Shown here: positions 26,070-37,120 of the stretch, piece after piece
How the letters are laid out: every line of letters starts with the position of its first letter
Position numbering within the stretch: position 1 is the stretch's first letter
Assembly (NCBI GenBank): GCA_964016885.1
Contig: OZ024745.1
Coordinates: 42,842,001-42,906,000 of the forward strand
Source of the DNA: Eledone cirrhosa
Lineage: Eukaryota
Direction: 5' to 3'
Length of the DNA: 64,000 nucleotides
The notes under the pieces: model-generated
Seen by the model: only the letters and a program-made list of their open reading frames with translations
Told to the model about the DNA's origin: nothing
Databases searched by the model: none
Made by a program: the position numbers and the translations under genes

Positions 26070-29000
26070 TTACAGATATATACTCAGAGTCGGCCCATTC
26101 ACTCGGGCCATTCTTGCTTCTCTCACCCATCTTTCAACAAAATGCTGGGAAGAGAGCACTTCCTTCTCTACTCTGATTTTCCTTTTCAAATGAAATTTGA
26201 AAAAGTCAATCAGAGCATCACCGAAGAGGTAAGTGCTCGTCTTCAGCCCTTTCAAACGTGTCCACCATACTATCTCTTTCGCCATGGCCACCAGACAGAT
26301 AAAAACTGCCTGCCCTTCCCGGCTAAAGGAGGAGGGCGGGGCAATCCTCACGATAGACTCAGATGATAGCTGGATCCGTCCTAAACGCGACAGCAGGTGT
26401 TCGACATAAACCCACAAGTCAGCAATTTTCGGACACTGGACGAGTGCGTGCAGGACGGTTTCGTCGCCCTGCGCGCATCTCGGACATGCCCGGCTGACGG
26501 CACCTCCATGCCTGTAGAGTTTATCCCGAACTGGCAAGGCTCCTCGGTAGCACTGCCAGGCCAGAGATTTCTGGAAGTTGTCCATAGGCCCTGGCCCGAA
26601 AGTTCTTCCGAAGAGATTGGCTAGTTGATTTTCGTCGACGCCTAGAGTTTCCCCAAGTACGTCGTCGCTCTTCCCCTCCACTAATCCTCTATAGAACGCT
26701 GAGGTGGAGTTTCCACCGATCACATTGCCCGATTGGTCGAGGGCTGTGAGCGCCTGAAGACATTCCAGTCTCCAGGCGCTCCCTCTCGGTCTTCGCTTGA
26801 CCCAGGACTGCAGCTCCGTCAAGGAAACGAGCTGGGGAAAAACGCGTCTAGCAAACGGCGACCACACCTGATCACCGTCGAGGAAGAGGTGGAGATGTCG
26901 TAGCCTGAGCGCGTGCCTGCGCATCATCAGCCACGGCATGCCCAGCCCTCCACGTAGCGGGTGTTGACAACAGATGGACCGCCTGACCATCGGAGCACGT
27001 CCCATCCACAAAAAGCGAAAGAGCAAACGCTCCAGCGCAGTCAGGCGAGGCTTAGGACAAGGTACGACGGTTAGGCGGTAGCAGATGACAGACGCGATGT
27101 ACGCGTTAGCCACCTCCGCTCGACCTTTCAGGGATAGCTTCCTCTCCGCCCATTTCTGGGTGAGAGAAGCCACCCTGCTCGTCACCTCGTCCCAGTTTTT
27201 GTCCGTCTGGAGGTCCGGACCGAACCAGACCCCTAGCAATTTAACCGGTCCGTCCGTCCAGCGCCCGACGACGCTGTTGGACGGCATGGACCTGCCTCTC
27301 CAGGTGCCGAGCTGCAGGCCCACTGACTTTTCCTGGTTGATCATTGCTCCTGTCACCGCTTCGTATTCTCTTAGTGTAGTGCCGATCGCCTCGATGTGTT
27401 TGGCGTTCGACACCACTACGGTGACATCGTCCGCATATGCTGACACGGATCTTCCGCATCCTAGTTCGCGCGGGACTCCCCTCAACGTCTCCAGTTTGTG
27501 CAGTAATGGCTCGAGAGTCAATACGTACAAGAGGGACGAGAGGGGACATCCTTGGCGGACCGAGCGCATGATGTTGAACGGTTCCGACAGGTGACCGTTT
27601 ACTCTCACCACAGAGCAGATGTCGCTGTGCATGGCAGCGATCCAGCCTCTGAAGACGGGCCCAAAGCCAGCCGCCCTCAGGACTGCCGCTAGGTAACGAT
27701 GGTCGACCCTATCGAAAGCTTTCGACTGATCTAAATTGATCAAGGACCCACCCGTGCCAGGTTCCCTAGCTACCCTCTCTACGATGTATCGCATGAGGTG
27801 GAGGTTGTCGTGGATGGATCTGTCGGGAATGGCGCATGTCTGCGCCTCTCCCATCAGACCACCAACGACAAGCGCCAACCTCTTTGCTAGCACCTTGGCC
27901 AAAATCTTAAACTCTGTGTTTAGCAGAGTTATGGGCCGGAAATTGTCTATGTTATCCCCCTTGTTCGGATCCTTTCTCAGCAGTGCCACTGCTCCTCGGC
28001 TCACAGAACTGGGAATTCTCCCGTTCTGTTGCCAGTTGCAGTAGACGTCCGCCAAGAGGCCTCCGAACAAGTCTGGCATCTGTACGTAAAGTTCATAGGG
28101 CAGACCATCCAAACCAGGCGATTTACCCCTTGTGCAGCCAGTCATTGCCTCCCGTACTTCAGCGGCTGTTATCGGCTTTTCGCAACACTTCGCCTCAGTG
28201 GCCGAGAGCCGCGGCAGTCCGTCGAGGTAGACACTAAAGTCCATCCCTCTACCCGGCCCCCCGCTGCCCCCGAACAGCTGAGCGAAGTGTCGCTGAAAAG
28301 CTTCACACATTTGCCCGGGATCGAGTAGCATGCGCCCGTCGTGGTCCACCAAAGACCGGATCGTGGCTTTGTTGCCACGACGCGCCTCCGCCACTCGGGC
28401 CCATTGAACGGCTTTCGTCCCCTCGTGTCTGAGAGCACGCACCCTAGCTCTGACAACGCAGCCTTCGTGCTTTGCATTGAAGAATTGGTCAAGGGCCAAT
28501 TTCGCCGCAAGCACGTCGGTCGCAATGCCTTTGCTAAGCGCCTCGTCTAATTTTCTAACTAGTTCTCCCTCTGCTCTATTTTTCTCTATTGCTAAAGCCT
28601 TACTAAACCTAATCGATTCTATTCTAATCGCTCTTTTCAGAGCAAACCACCACTTGTTGTTGACGATGGCCCCCGTCAACGCCCGCTTAACTAGTTCGCT
28701 AATCCGGTCTCTGTAGGCCTTGCGCGCTGGTAAGGACGCGTTTAGCTTCCAGTAGCCGGGTCCTCGTCTATGAAGCCTATCTAAGTCAAGCACACAGGTC
28801 ACGAATTTGTGGTCCGTGTAGCTGACTATCTTGAATTGTGGACAGCCTATGCTAGACCTATCTATTTCCCTACAAAATACTCTATCTAGATATGATCTGG
28901 ATGACCCTATGCGGTTTGTCCAAGTCCACATTGGCACATTCGGGAAATCCAATCGGTACCTGTCAGACAGTTCAAAACGCCTGAGCAGGTTGGTGAGGCT

Positions 29001-29489
29001 CTTGCACCCTCCACCCCTATCCGCTAATCCCACACAGTCCCAGCGTGCATCTAAGATCCCGTTCCAGTCGCCCACTAACACTAAAGAGCGGGACGTTCCA
29101 AGAAAGGTCTCCAGACGCCGGAAGAAATCAGGCCGCCCTGCTCCTGTCGGGGCATAGACGGCCACTAGCCTGAAAGCTTGCCCGTCTCCGCTGGTCACGT
29201 CCAGCACCACCAGCTTACCCTCTGGGTCCAGGAAGATGGCCCGTATGGCGAGATCCAAACCTCTCCGAAAAAGCACAGCAACTCCTCCACCCGATCCAGG
29301 ACGGCTGGGAGATGCGTACACATCGTAGCCGCCGAAGATCGGTACGAAGGCCCGTGCTTCGGAGATTCTGGTCTCGCTGATGGCCACTACATCTATGTTT
29401 AGTGACCTGAGGTCGTTGAGCAGGTGACCCTGCTTCCATGACGACCCCAAGCCACGCGCATTTATGCTGCCTATTCTGAGTGAGGTCAT
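26070..29489 (-). CDS. ORF2: apurinic-like endonuclease + reverse transcriptase + C-terminal zinc-binding motif, 1139 aa
   Basis: APE motifs (SINARGL, ISETR, VYAP, GDWN, YLDRVF, TDH), RT motifs (SPGLDG, FRPITLLN, DQSKAFDRV, RQGCPLS, YADD), CPRC..ETVLHALVQC. Confidence 0.96.
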   Translation of the reverse strand: MTSLRIGSINARGLGSSWKQGHLLNDLRSLNIDVVAISETRISEARAFVPIFGGYDVYASPSRPGSGGGVAVLFRRGLDLAIRAIFLDPEGKLVVLDVTSGDGQAFRLVAVYAPTGAGRPDFFRRLETFLGTSRSLVLVGDWNGILDARWDCVGLADRGGGCKSLTNLLRRFELSDRYRLDFPNVPMWTWTNRIGSSRSYLDRVFCREIDRSSIGCPQFKIVSYTDHKFVTCVLDLDRLHRRGPGYWKLNASLPARKAYRDRISELVKRALTGAIVNNKWWFALKRAIRIESIRFSKALAIEKNRAEGELVRKLDEALSKGIATDVLAAKLALDQFFNAKHEGCVVRARVRALRHEGTKAVQWARVAEARRGNKATIRSLVDHDGRMLLDPGQMCEAFQRHFAQLFGGSGGPGRGMDFSVYLDGLPRLSATEAKCCEKPITAAEVREAMTGCTRGKSPGLDGLPYELYVQMPDLFGGLLADVYCNWQQNGRIPSSVSRGAVALLRKDPNKGDNIDNFRPITLLNTEFKILAKVLAKRLALVVGGLMGEAQTCAIPDRSIHDNLHLMRYIVERVAREPGTGGSLINLDQSKAFDRVDHRYLAAVLRAAGFGPVFRGWIAAMHSDICSVVRVNGHLSEPFNIMRSVRQGCPLSSLLYVLTLEPLLHKLETLRGVPRELGCGRSVSAYADDVTVVVSNAKHIEAIGTTLREYEAVTGAMINQEKSVGLQLGTWRGRSMPSNSVVGRWTDGPVKLLGVWFGPDLQTDKNWDEVTSRVASLTQKWAERKLSLKGRAEVANAYIASVICYRLTVVPCPKPRLTALERLLFRFLWMGRAPMVRRSICCQHPLRGGLGMPWLMMRRHALRLRHLHLFLDGDQVWSPFARRVFPQLVSLTELQSWVKRRPRGSAWRLECLQALTALDQSGNVIGGNSTSAFYRGLVEGKSDDVLGETLGVDENQLANLFGRTFGPGPMDNFQKSLAWQCYRGALPVRDKLYRHGGAVSRACPRCAQGDETVLHALVQCPKIADLWVYVEHLLSRLGRIQLSSESIVRIAPPSSFSREGQAVFICLVAMAKEIVWWTRLKGLKTSTYLFGDALIDFFKFHLKRKIRVEKEVLSSQHFVERWVREARMARVNGPTLSIYL

Positions 29490-29524
29490 GTTTAAAATAG
29501 AGTGGAAAAGATGGGAAAGACCAC

Positions 29525-31620
29525 TTACCGTACTTTTGGTAGAGGAGGGATGGTTTTTACATCCCTTTTCACTTGATCGTCTGGTGAAGGGACCGTTGAA
29601 TCGTCCCTTCGGCTGGTCGTCGGCTCTTCTAAGAGAATGTCTGAGTATACTCTTCGATTGATGGTTCCTCCTAGGTCCCTGAAATCACCAACTGCGTTGG
29701 GGAATTTCGTTTTAATGTTTGTGTATTGTTTCTGTGCTATTTTTAGCAGTCTTATGTTAGTTGGCGTTTTGATTGGTGCTGGTATTATGTAGTCCTGTTG
29801 TGAAATGTCTGTGTTCAATTATGTAAGTCATTAGTTTCTTGTTGTGTGTATTTATTGCCGTGCATTTGTTTTTCTGGGGGTGGGGTGTGGTTCTGCTATT
29901 TTCTTGTCGTTGTTGCTGGGTGTGTGTGTTTTGTTGTTGTGTTTGCGATGTTGGTGCTTGTGGTGGTGGTGTTGAAGGTGTTGTTGGCGGTGGGGTTGTC
30001 GCCGGTGGTGATGGTGGTGCTAGTGTGGGTGGTGATGGTGTTGGTGTTGTTGCTGCTGTGGGTCTCTTTGCAGTAGACTTTACCCTTTTCTCATTTCTTT
30101 CCTCCCTTTTCAAAGGCGACGATGCGCTGCTTCTGCGTTTGTGCCTTCTTGCGACCTTTTGCCATCCCTCTCCCACCTCACACTCCATGTCTGATTCTGT
30201 GAGGTCGGGGAGGGGTACCAGCTCCACTCTTTCACTTGTTGTTGTTGGTGATGTTTGCACTGGAGTCTCTGTTGCAGCTGCATTTGGTATTGCTGTTGTT
30301 GTTGTTAATATTTCCACTGCTGCTGCTGTTTTTGATTTCCGTGGCGTGGGTATGGGTGCCACGGACCTATCGTTCCTGGTTGCCGCTTGTCCTGTTGCTG
30401 GTAGCCGTGGAGCCGGATTCGGAAGGAGGGGGGTTTTCTCCTTTCTCAGGGTCTTCTCGTTGCAGAAGGCCCTGAGGTGAGTCTTCGATCCACAGCGAAA
30501 GCATTTCGGGCGTTTGCCCTCAACACTTATGGGCAGTTGAGTGCCGTTATCGAAGTCTATCACATCCGGGATAGCTTCGATGCACTCCTGGTTGGTTTGG
30601 ATTAGCATCTCAATGGAGGAGCCGACCCAATCTTCTCTTACTTTTTTCTGTACTTGGAGTACAGTTGTTTTGTCCTCGATTCCGATTAGGACAGACGCGG
30701 CCAGCCAAGAAGGGGTCATTCCGGGGGGGGACGTGGGTCAGTTTGACCCTCACAATTTTTTGCCCGCAGTAGGAGGGCACCAACACCATTTCCTCGCTCC
30801 TTAGGGTCACTACTGATTGGGCCTTTGCCTCCTGGGGTGTGGCAAAAAGTACGTCTACGGTGGCATATTTTTTGCCTCGGGTGATGTGCGTTTTCCGCTG
30901 CCACACAGACCCCAAGGCTTTTTGTATTTGGGCCTCTGTGGCTCTTTCCACCCTACGGGATTTTGTACTTACTGTACGGTACGTGACCGTACAGTGCTCT
31001 TGGGTTTTGAAAAATTTTTCCGCTGCCTTGCAGATTGCTCGGTGTCCGTTCTTTGTCACCATCTTCTTCGCTTCCTCTAATTCCTCATTTGTTATGAGGA
31101 TTGTTTCCAAGTTTTTCGCAATACCTGCAAATGAGATTGGTTTTTCTCTGCTGTTGTTGTTGTCGTCAGAGCTGCTGGTACTTTTGTTGTTGCTGCAGGT
31201 ACTACGACTACTGCCTCCGCCGCTGTTGCTGTGGTTGTTGTTGGTGTTGCTGCTGCTAATGCTGTTGTTGTTTATGCTGCTGGTGATGCTGTTGCGGCTG
31301 CTACTGTTGTTTTCATTGTCACTGTTGCTGTTGTTATTACGGCTGCTACTGCTATTATTCCTGACGTCAGACGAATGAACTGGGTTTTCGTATTTCCCGC
31401 ACACCTGTTTCGTCGCTGTCGTCGTCGTCGTAGAGAAACCTTGCACGCTTTGCACGAGACTTTTCTTTTCTTTCGTCACTTGCGAAAGAGAAGGGAGGGA
31501 GAGAGACACATTTAAAGAAGGGAGGGAGAGAGACAATCTTCTCTCTGCTGTAGTGATGATTGAGGAAGAAGAAGACGGAATGAGTGGGAGTGACGTATGA
31601 AATTTCTTTTTCGTAGCCAT
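29525..31620 (-). CDS. ORF1 (gag-like nucleic-acid-binding protein), split by one or two frameshifts
   Basis: ORFs 30610-31620, 29757-30719 and 29525-29818 overlap. CFRCGSKTHLRAFC (CX2CX4HX4C). First shift at the G8 run 30723-30730. Confidence 0.75.
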
Positions 31621-31929
31621 GTTGTTTTTTGTTTAAAATGAAATTTTGGGTACAAAACCCCAATAACTGGTTATTTAACCCCGAAGGGCCAAATAACAGA
31701 CAGAAAGACCCCTCTCACGAGGAGGAGGGTGTCTTTATCAACAATTTGGTTCAAGTTTTAAACAATTTACAATTGTTTTAACGGTTAAAAATTACTATAC
31801 CTTACAGAGCCGAGCCTCCGTCAACCATGGCATTCAATAATAATAATAATAATAATAATAATAACTTTGAAGACTAAAATCCAAAGAGGGCTCGATCAGG
31901 ATAAATAATATATAAGAACCGTAGAGCAA

Positions 31930-32049
31930 ATATTTATTAAAATAACAGATTAAAGTTTAAGCAAAGAATCGCTGCTTTCACCCTTAACGGGATCTTCCGT
32001 TAAGGGTGAAAGCAGCGATTCTTTGCCTAAACTTTAATCTGTTATTTTA

Positions 32050-32057
<8 letters not shown>
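31930..32057. repeat. Palindrome: 61-bp arms, 6-nt loop, 1 mismatch
   Basis: Arms 31930-31990 and 31997-32057, abutting (TA)n. Confidence 0.93.
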
Positions 32058-32118
<61 letters not shown>

Positions 32119-32209
32119 TATATACTTACACACGAACTACTGACCAAATAATGTTTGGTATCAATGGGTTAAAGACATGTTAAATCAATTAATGGTGAAG
32201 GTGGTGTAT

Positions 32210-32283
<74 letters not shown>

Positions 32284-32299
32284 GAGTGAGTGTGAAAGG

Positions 32300-32493
32300 C
32301 CAAAGGTCATTATTGAACGTCTCTGGATTTCGCCAAATAGAAAATATTTTTTTATTAGAGAAGGTAAGATATTTTTCCGCAAAAATTTGATTGCACTGTT
32401 TTGTTTCCAATTATTTGAAAACGTTATTCATTCATTATAAAACTTAAATGATAGCAGTCTGGCAACCAATATTTTTAGACCTAGTCCGCCACT
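32300..32493 (+). mobile_element. Second copy of hAT-type right end
   Basis: Homologous to 34784-35006, ending ctagtccgccacta. Confidence 0.7.
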
Positions 32494-32507
32494 AAATATA
32501 TATATAT

Positions 32508-33152
32508 GTGAATAAAATTAGTCCTTCATCAGTGATCTTCCAACCTTCATTGGTATTTCTTCGCTTTAAAGATCATATACCTCTGGTTGGTGCGAGAAAT
32601 AACTAAAAAAAGTTATTGGGACATGTAAACAAACATAGATGGTAATGCAACGGAAAGAGAGAAAGAGAAGAGACAAGTCCGTGATTTCTATGAACTTAAG
32701 TTCTGTGAAATCATAGACGAGAGATAAAGACTATCCGACCTGGGTGAGATGTGAGCGAGAAAAGGATTTCACGCAGGTCAAACGGGAGGAAGTGAGAGAG
32801 GGGGAGTAGCAGAGAGTGAGTGAGTGAAAGTGCGAGGAAGGGGCCAGCTGAGAGAGAGTGACTGGCTATACCTCAGGTTGGTGCGAATACTAACTAAAAA
32901 AAAGTTATTGGGACACGTAAATAATGGTGAACTTAAGTTCATAGATATCACGGACTTGTTTCTTCTCTTCCTCTCTTTCCGTTGCATTACCATCTATGTT
33001 TGTTTACATGTCTCGCTCGCTTCACCCTATTTTACGTGTCCCAATAACTTTCTTTAGTTATTGCTGGCACCAACCAGAGGTGTATGATCTTTAAAGCGAA
33101 GAAATACCAATGAAGGTTCGAGGATCACTGATGAAGGACTAATTTTATTCAT
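32508..33152. repeat. Imperfect inverted repeat (~200-bp arms), Penelope-like fold-back
   Basis: 32508-32704 is the reverse complement of ~32929-33152. Arms contain CTGATGAaggac. (TA)n flanks. Confidence 0.85.
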
Positions 33153-33186
33153 ATGTAACCCATTTGCAACCACGCAGCACGCCATT

Positions 33187-33233
<47 letters not shown>

Positions 33234-33253
33234 AACTTTAATCTGTTATTTTA

Positions 33254-33284
<31 letters not shown>

Positions 33285-34332
33285 ATGAAAAATTGAACAG
33301 GGACAGAACAGAGAGGCAGTACAATAAATGTTTATTAAATTCACGCTCAGGAGAGTGGGGGGTAGGTGGGGGACGACGTTTCGGACATAAGCCCTTCTTC
33401 AGGTGAGAAGTGTGTGGGAACAGAGTTCAAAAGGTGTGTAGGGGAGTGGTGGAGAGACATATAGCGAAAGGAAACGGTGCGAATGAAAAATTAACAAATA
33501 AAGACAAAAAATATAATAAATAAAAATAAAGCATGATCAAAATACAAGGAAGGAGAAAATTTGAAAATAAAGGCATGATCAAAATAAACTGAAATTAAAA
33601 GGGGGGTAAACAGGTGGTGGAAGGGTGTGGGGTGAGTAGGGGTGGTGGCGGGTGGAGTGGGGAGAGGGAGACGGGGTGTCCGAGCGGGGAGGGCTGAAGG
33701 TGGTGTTTGTGGTTAGGTGTGCGTGTGTGTGTGTGTGTGTATGTGAAAGTGAGGGTTGGGGGAAGAACGGGGTTGTATGTTCAGGAAGGTGTGTGTGGGG
33801 GGTGTTTTTGTGGGTCGGAGTGTCTGTGCGTGTGTGGATAGGGGGTGGGGGAGAGGAACCAGGAGGCTGAGGGTGTAAATATGTGGTGGGAAGCACGTGT
33901 GTGTGGTTTAAGCGTGTTGTGGGTGTGGGTGGCGTGTGGATTTTAAAAAAAAAATTGGGGGAGGGGGTGAGTTATGTAGGTGATGGTGTAAGAGGATGGT
34001 TGAAAAGTTGGTAATTTCCACGGATGTTTGGAGATTTGGTTAGAAGTCAATTTCGCGTGTGGGTAATCCAAGAAGCGGTGGTCGGAAGAGAAGAGATGTG
34101 GGGTGCGCGCAATGCCAATCATTGTAAGTTTGAATCTGACATGCAAAAACATATATATATATATGAATAAAGTAACCCCAAATCATAGTAGATTCAAATA
34201 TCACAGAGAGAATGAGAGATAGGGGGGGGGGTGAGGTGGAACAGAAATAAAACGTGGATTACAGGTTAAAATGTAGTCTAGATAGATGAGAAACAAAACA
34301 AGGATGTAGTTTATGGAACACCCAAATGATTT

Positions 34333-34783
34333 AGAAGTCGACCTTAAGTAGGAGCAATAACATTAAGAAAGACATGAACGACCCCACATCATTTTGTTTT
34401 GAAAATTTTGAAAGTAGGTTTATAAGTATGAATTTTCATAAGATTTTCGTAGTTGTCTCTTTAGCCTAGCGGTAGGTACTAGAGCCGGTGAAGATACGGG
34501 CCCTGGGTTCAATCCTGGTCAAGGGGTGCATGTAACCTTTTTTCATTTTACAACCAATAGAAAAAAACTGAAAAAGCTTACTGGGAACCCTACTCCCGAC
34601 CAGGATCGAACTTCAGACGAGGATCACCACCGTCTATGATTCCTCCACCTAGGTCACCGAGACAGCTACAAAAGTATAATGAAAATTGATAATTATAAAC
34701 CTACTTTCAAAATCAAAGTTAAAAAGATGTAGTGTCATTCATGGCTTTCCTAGAGCTATTAGTAATACTTAGGGTCGACTTCT
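34333..34783. repeat. Degenerate inverted repeat with a tRNA-like cassette in each arm
   Basis: agaagtcgacc..ggtcgacttct ends, attttgaaagtaggtttataa and its reverse complement, A/B boxes in both arms. Confidence 0.75.
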
Positions 34784-35006
34784 GGTCATTATTGAAAGTC
34801 TCTGGATTTCACAAAATACATAACATATTTTATTGGAGAAGGTAAAATATTTTTCCGCAAAAATTTGATTGCACTGTTTTGTTTTCAATTATGTATTTTT
34901 CGAAAATGTTATTTATTCATTATAAAAATTAAATGATAATATTCTGTATGTAGGTGGGGCCCCTTCATCTCCTGGTAACCAATAGTTTAGACCCAGTCCG
35001 CCACTG
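34784..35006 (+). mobile_element. Right end of hAT-type DNA transposon
   Basis: Ends CCAGTCCGCCACTG, followed by CACATACA. Subterminal ggggcccc. Confidence 0.72.
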
Positions 35007-35186
35007 CACATACACACACACACTATATTGTTTGCTTTGATGCTTCGGCTTACTTTTCGCATACATACATGTGTGTGTATGTGTGTATGTATGTGTGTGT
35101 GTGTGTGTGCGCGTCTGTGTTTGTGTATGTAGGGCTTTGAGGAAGCAACATCAATAATCAAATATATATATATATATATATATATG

Positions 35187-35638
35187 TTGGTAAACGGAAT
35201 AGAAAATGCTGACAAATTGTTCACAGTTGAAAAATGGTTTAATTAGGAATAAAAGAGTATTAGTAATTGTATGGGTTAGTATTCAGTTGTGGTTTTAAGT
35301 TTTTAAGTTTTTACGGGTTGCGCATTTCTAAATGCTTTTCAAAAATAATTTTGAGATAGAGTGTCCGTGTTGTTTTTAAGTTTTTACGGGTTGCGCATTT
35401 CTAAATGCTTTTCAAAAATAATTTTGAGATAGAGTGTCCGTGTTGTAGCAAACAACACGGACACTCTATCTCAAAATTATTTTTGAAAAGCATTTAGAAA
35501 TGCGCAACCGGTAAAAACTTAAAAACTTAAAACCACAACTGAATTCTAACCCATACAATTACTAATACTCTTTTATTCCTAATTAAACCATTTTTCAACT
35601 GTGAACAATTTGTCAGCATTTTCTATTCCGTTTACCAA
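35187..35638. repeat. Near-perfect inverted repeat (~190-bp arms) with a ~72-bp tandem duplication in the left arm
   Basis: Directly visible. Centre ~35445-35453, (TA)n flanks. Confidence 0.92.
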
Positions 35639-35673
35639 TATATAATAACTTGTGTGTTACACCTCTATTCTTT

Positions 35674-35746
<73 letters not shown>

Positions 35747-36135
35747 TAGGTAATACAACATTAAGTACATGATTTTTTTGATTTTTTAAGTTTTAGAGCC
35801 ATGCGAGAAGGAATTACACAAACGTTAAATATAATTTCATTTATTTTCCAGCTGTCAAATTTGGTTTATTAGTGGTTTTTATTTATGAATAAACTATTTT
35901 ACATCAGACGATACAACATTGTAAATAGTACTTCAAGATAACAATAAACTGTTTGCTTCATTTTGTCACATTCATAAATATATACAAAGATGAATATCTT
36001 GATTTAATGGAAATGAGAATATCGTTTGACATTAGTACGTTAGATGGAATCTGTGTGGAAACTCGTCGAATATATAAGAAATATTAGATACCTCACATTC
36101 TTATTAGCTCTATACTGACGTTAAAATTAATTGAA

Positions 36136-36252
36136 TAAATAATAATTGTTTCTACTTTAGGCACAAGGCCAGCAATTATCCAGTGCATTACTGGTACTTT
36201 ATTTTATCGACCCCGTAAGGATGAAAGGCAAAGTCAATCTCGGCGGGATTTA
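36136..36252 (-). mobile_element. SINE family A, 5'-truncated, AAT on both sides
   Basis: Core plus tail ccttgtgcctaaagtagaaacaattatt (minus). Confidence 0.85.
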
Positions 36253-36944
36253 AATAATAATAAATATATTTTTTAACTATCTCGGCAAAACATGTTTCGG
36301 TTGCATATAAACGCGTTCATTTTTTTTTTTTTTTTTTTTCCATAGTACATTCCGATTGCTTTATATTTAACCCCTCGGACCTGGCCAATATTTATAGTAA
36401 AACATGAGAACATGCCCCTAAAAAAGCAATGCAATAAGTACTTATGAACTACTGGTGTTCTTTTAATAGCTTATTCTCTGTCCCAAATTCATAGCATTGT
36501 ATCAATGTTTAATATTACAACCCAGTTCAAACTGCACTAGGTTCTGCTTTATCTTTCATCTTTTTGGGGGGTCGATAAAATAAACTATCCGTTGATTATT
36601 GGATCGATCTAATTAAATATATTTTTCCCGTTAGTGTGTGGCATAGCGCTTATGTCAGAAATTATTTAAACATAATAACAAATGCAAATTTAATTATTTC
36701 TTGATAGATTTAATATATTTTGTTAATTTCGCTATTTTAAAACTATTGTTTCGTAATAAATTTTCTGATTTCTTTTTGATTTTTTTTTTTTTTTCTTAAA
36801 TTTTTTTTTTTCTATCTGCATAGTCAAATAGTCAAACTAATCACCAATCCCTTTTACATTTCATTGCAGACTATTAGCACAGGGTTAATTTTGTCATTCT
36901 AGCCTACTTGTTAACATATTCATTTTTTCGCGTTGTAAGGGCTT

Positions 36945-37120
36945 TCGATTGGCAGAATATAGCGTAGGACATATGTTTAGTAGTATTTATTCCGGCTCTT
37001 TAAGTTATGAGTTCAAATCCCACCAAGGTTAGCATTGTCATTCATCTTTCTGGGGTCAATAAAATAAAGTACCAGTAATCAATTTTCCCCTCCCCTAAAA
37101 TTACTAGCCTTGTACTGATA
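36945..37120 (+). mobile_element. SINE family A, diverged
   Basis: gagttcaaatcccacc..tcatctttctggggtcaataaaataaagtaccag. Confidence 0.75.

Larger units (their letters stand above)
25807..31835 (-). mobile_element. Full-length Tx1-type (L1 clade) LINE inserted in (AAT)n
   Basis: 5' UTR, ORF1 with zinc knuckle, intact ORF2, 3' UTR ending AATAAAgaaatc(att)n. (AAT)n at 25750-25806 and 31836-31864. GC-richer than flanks. Confidence 0.93.

Noticed and set aside
26397-29402. Short ORFs antisense to or overlapping Tx1 ORF2
   Set aside because: Shadow ORFs of a GC-rich coding sequence.
34455-34530. Functional tRNA gene
   Set aside because: A/B boxes are present but I could not fold a convincing cloverleaf. 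Reported only as tRNA-like.
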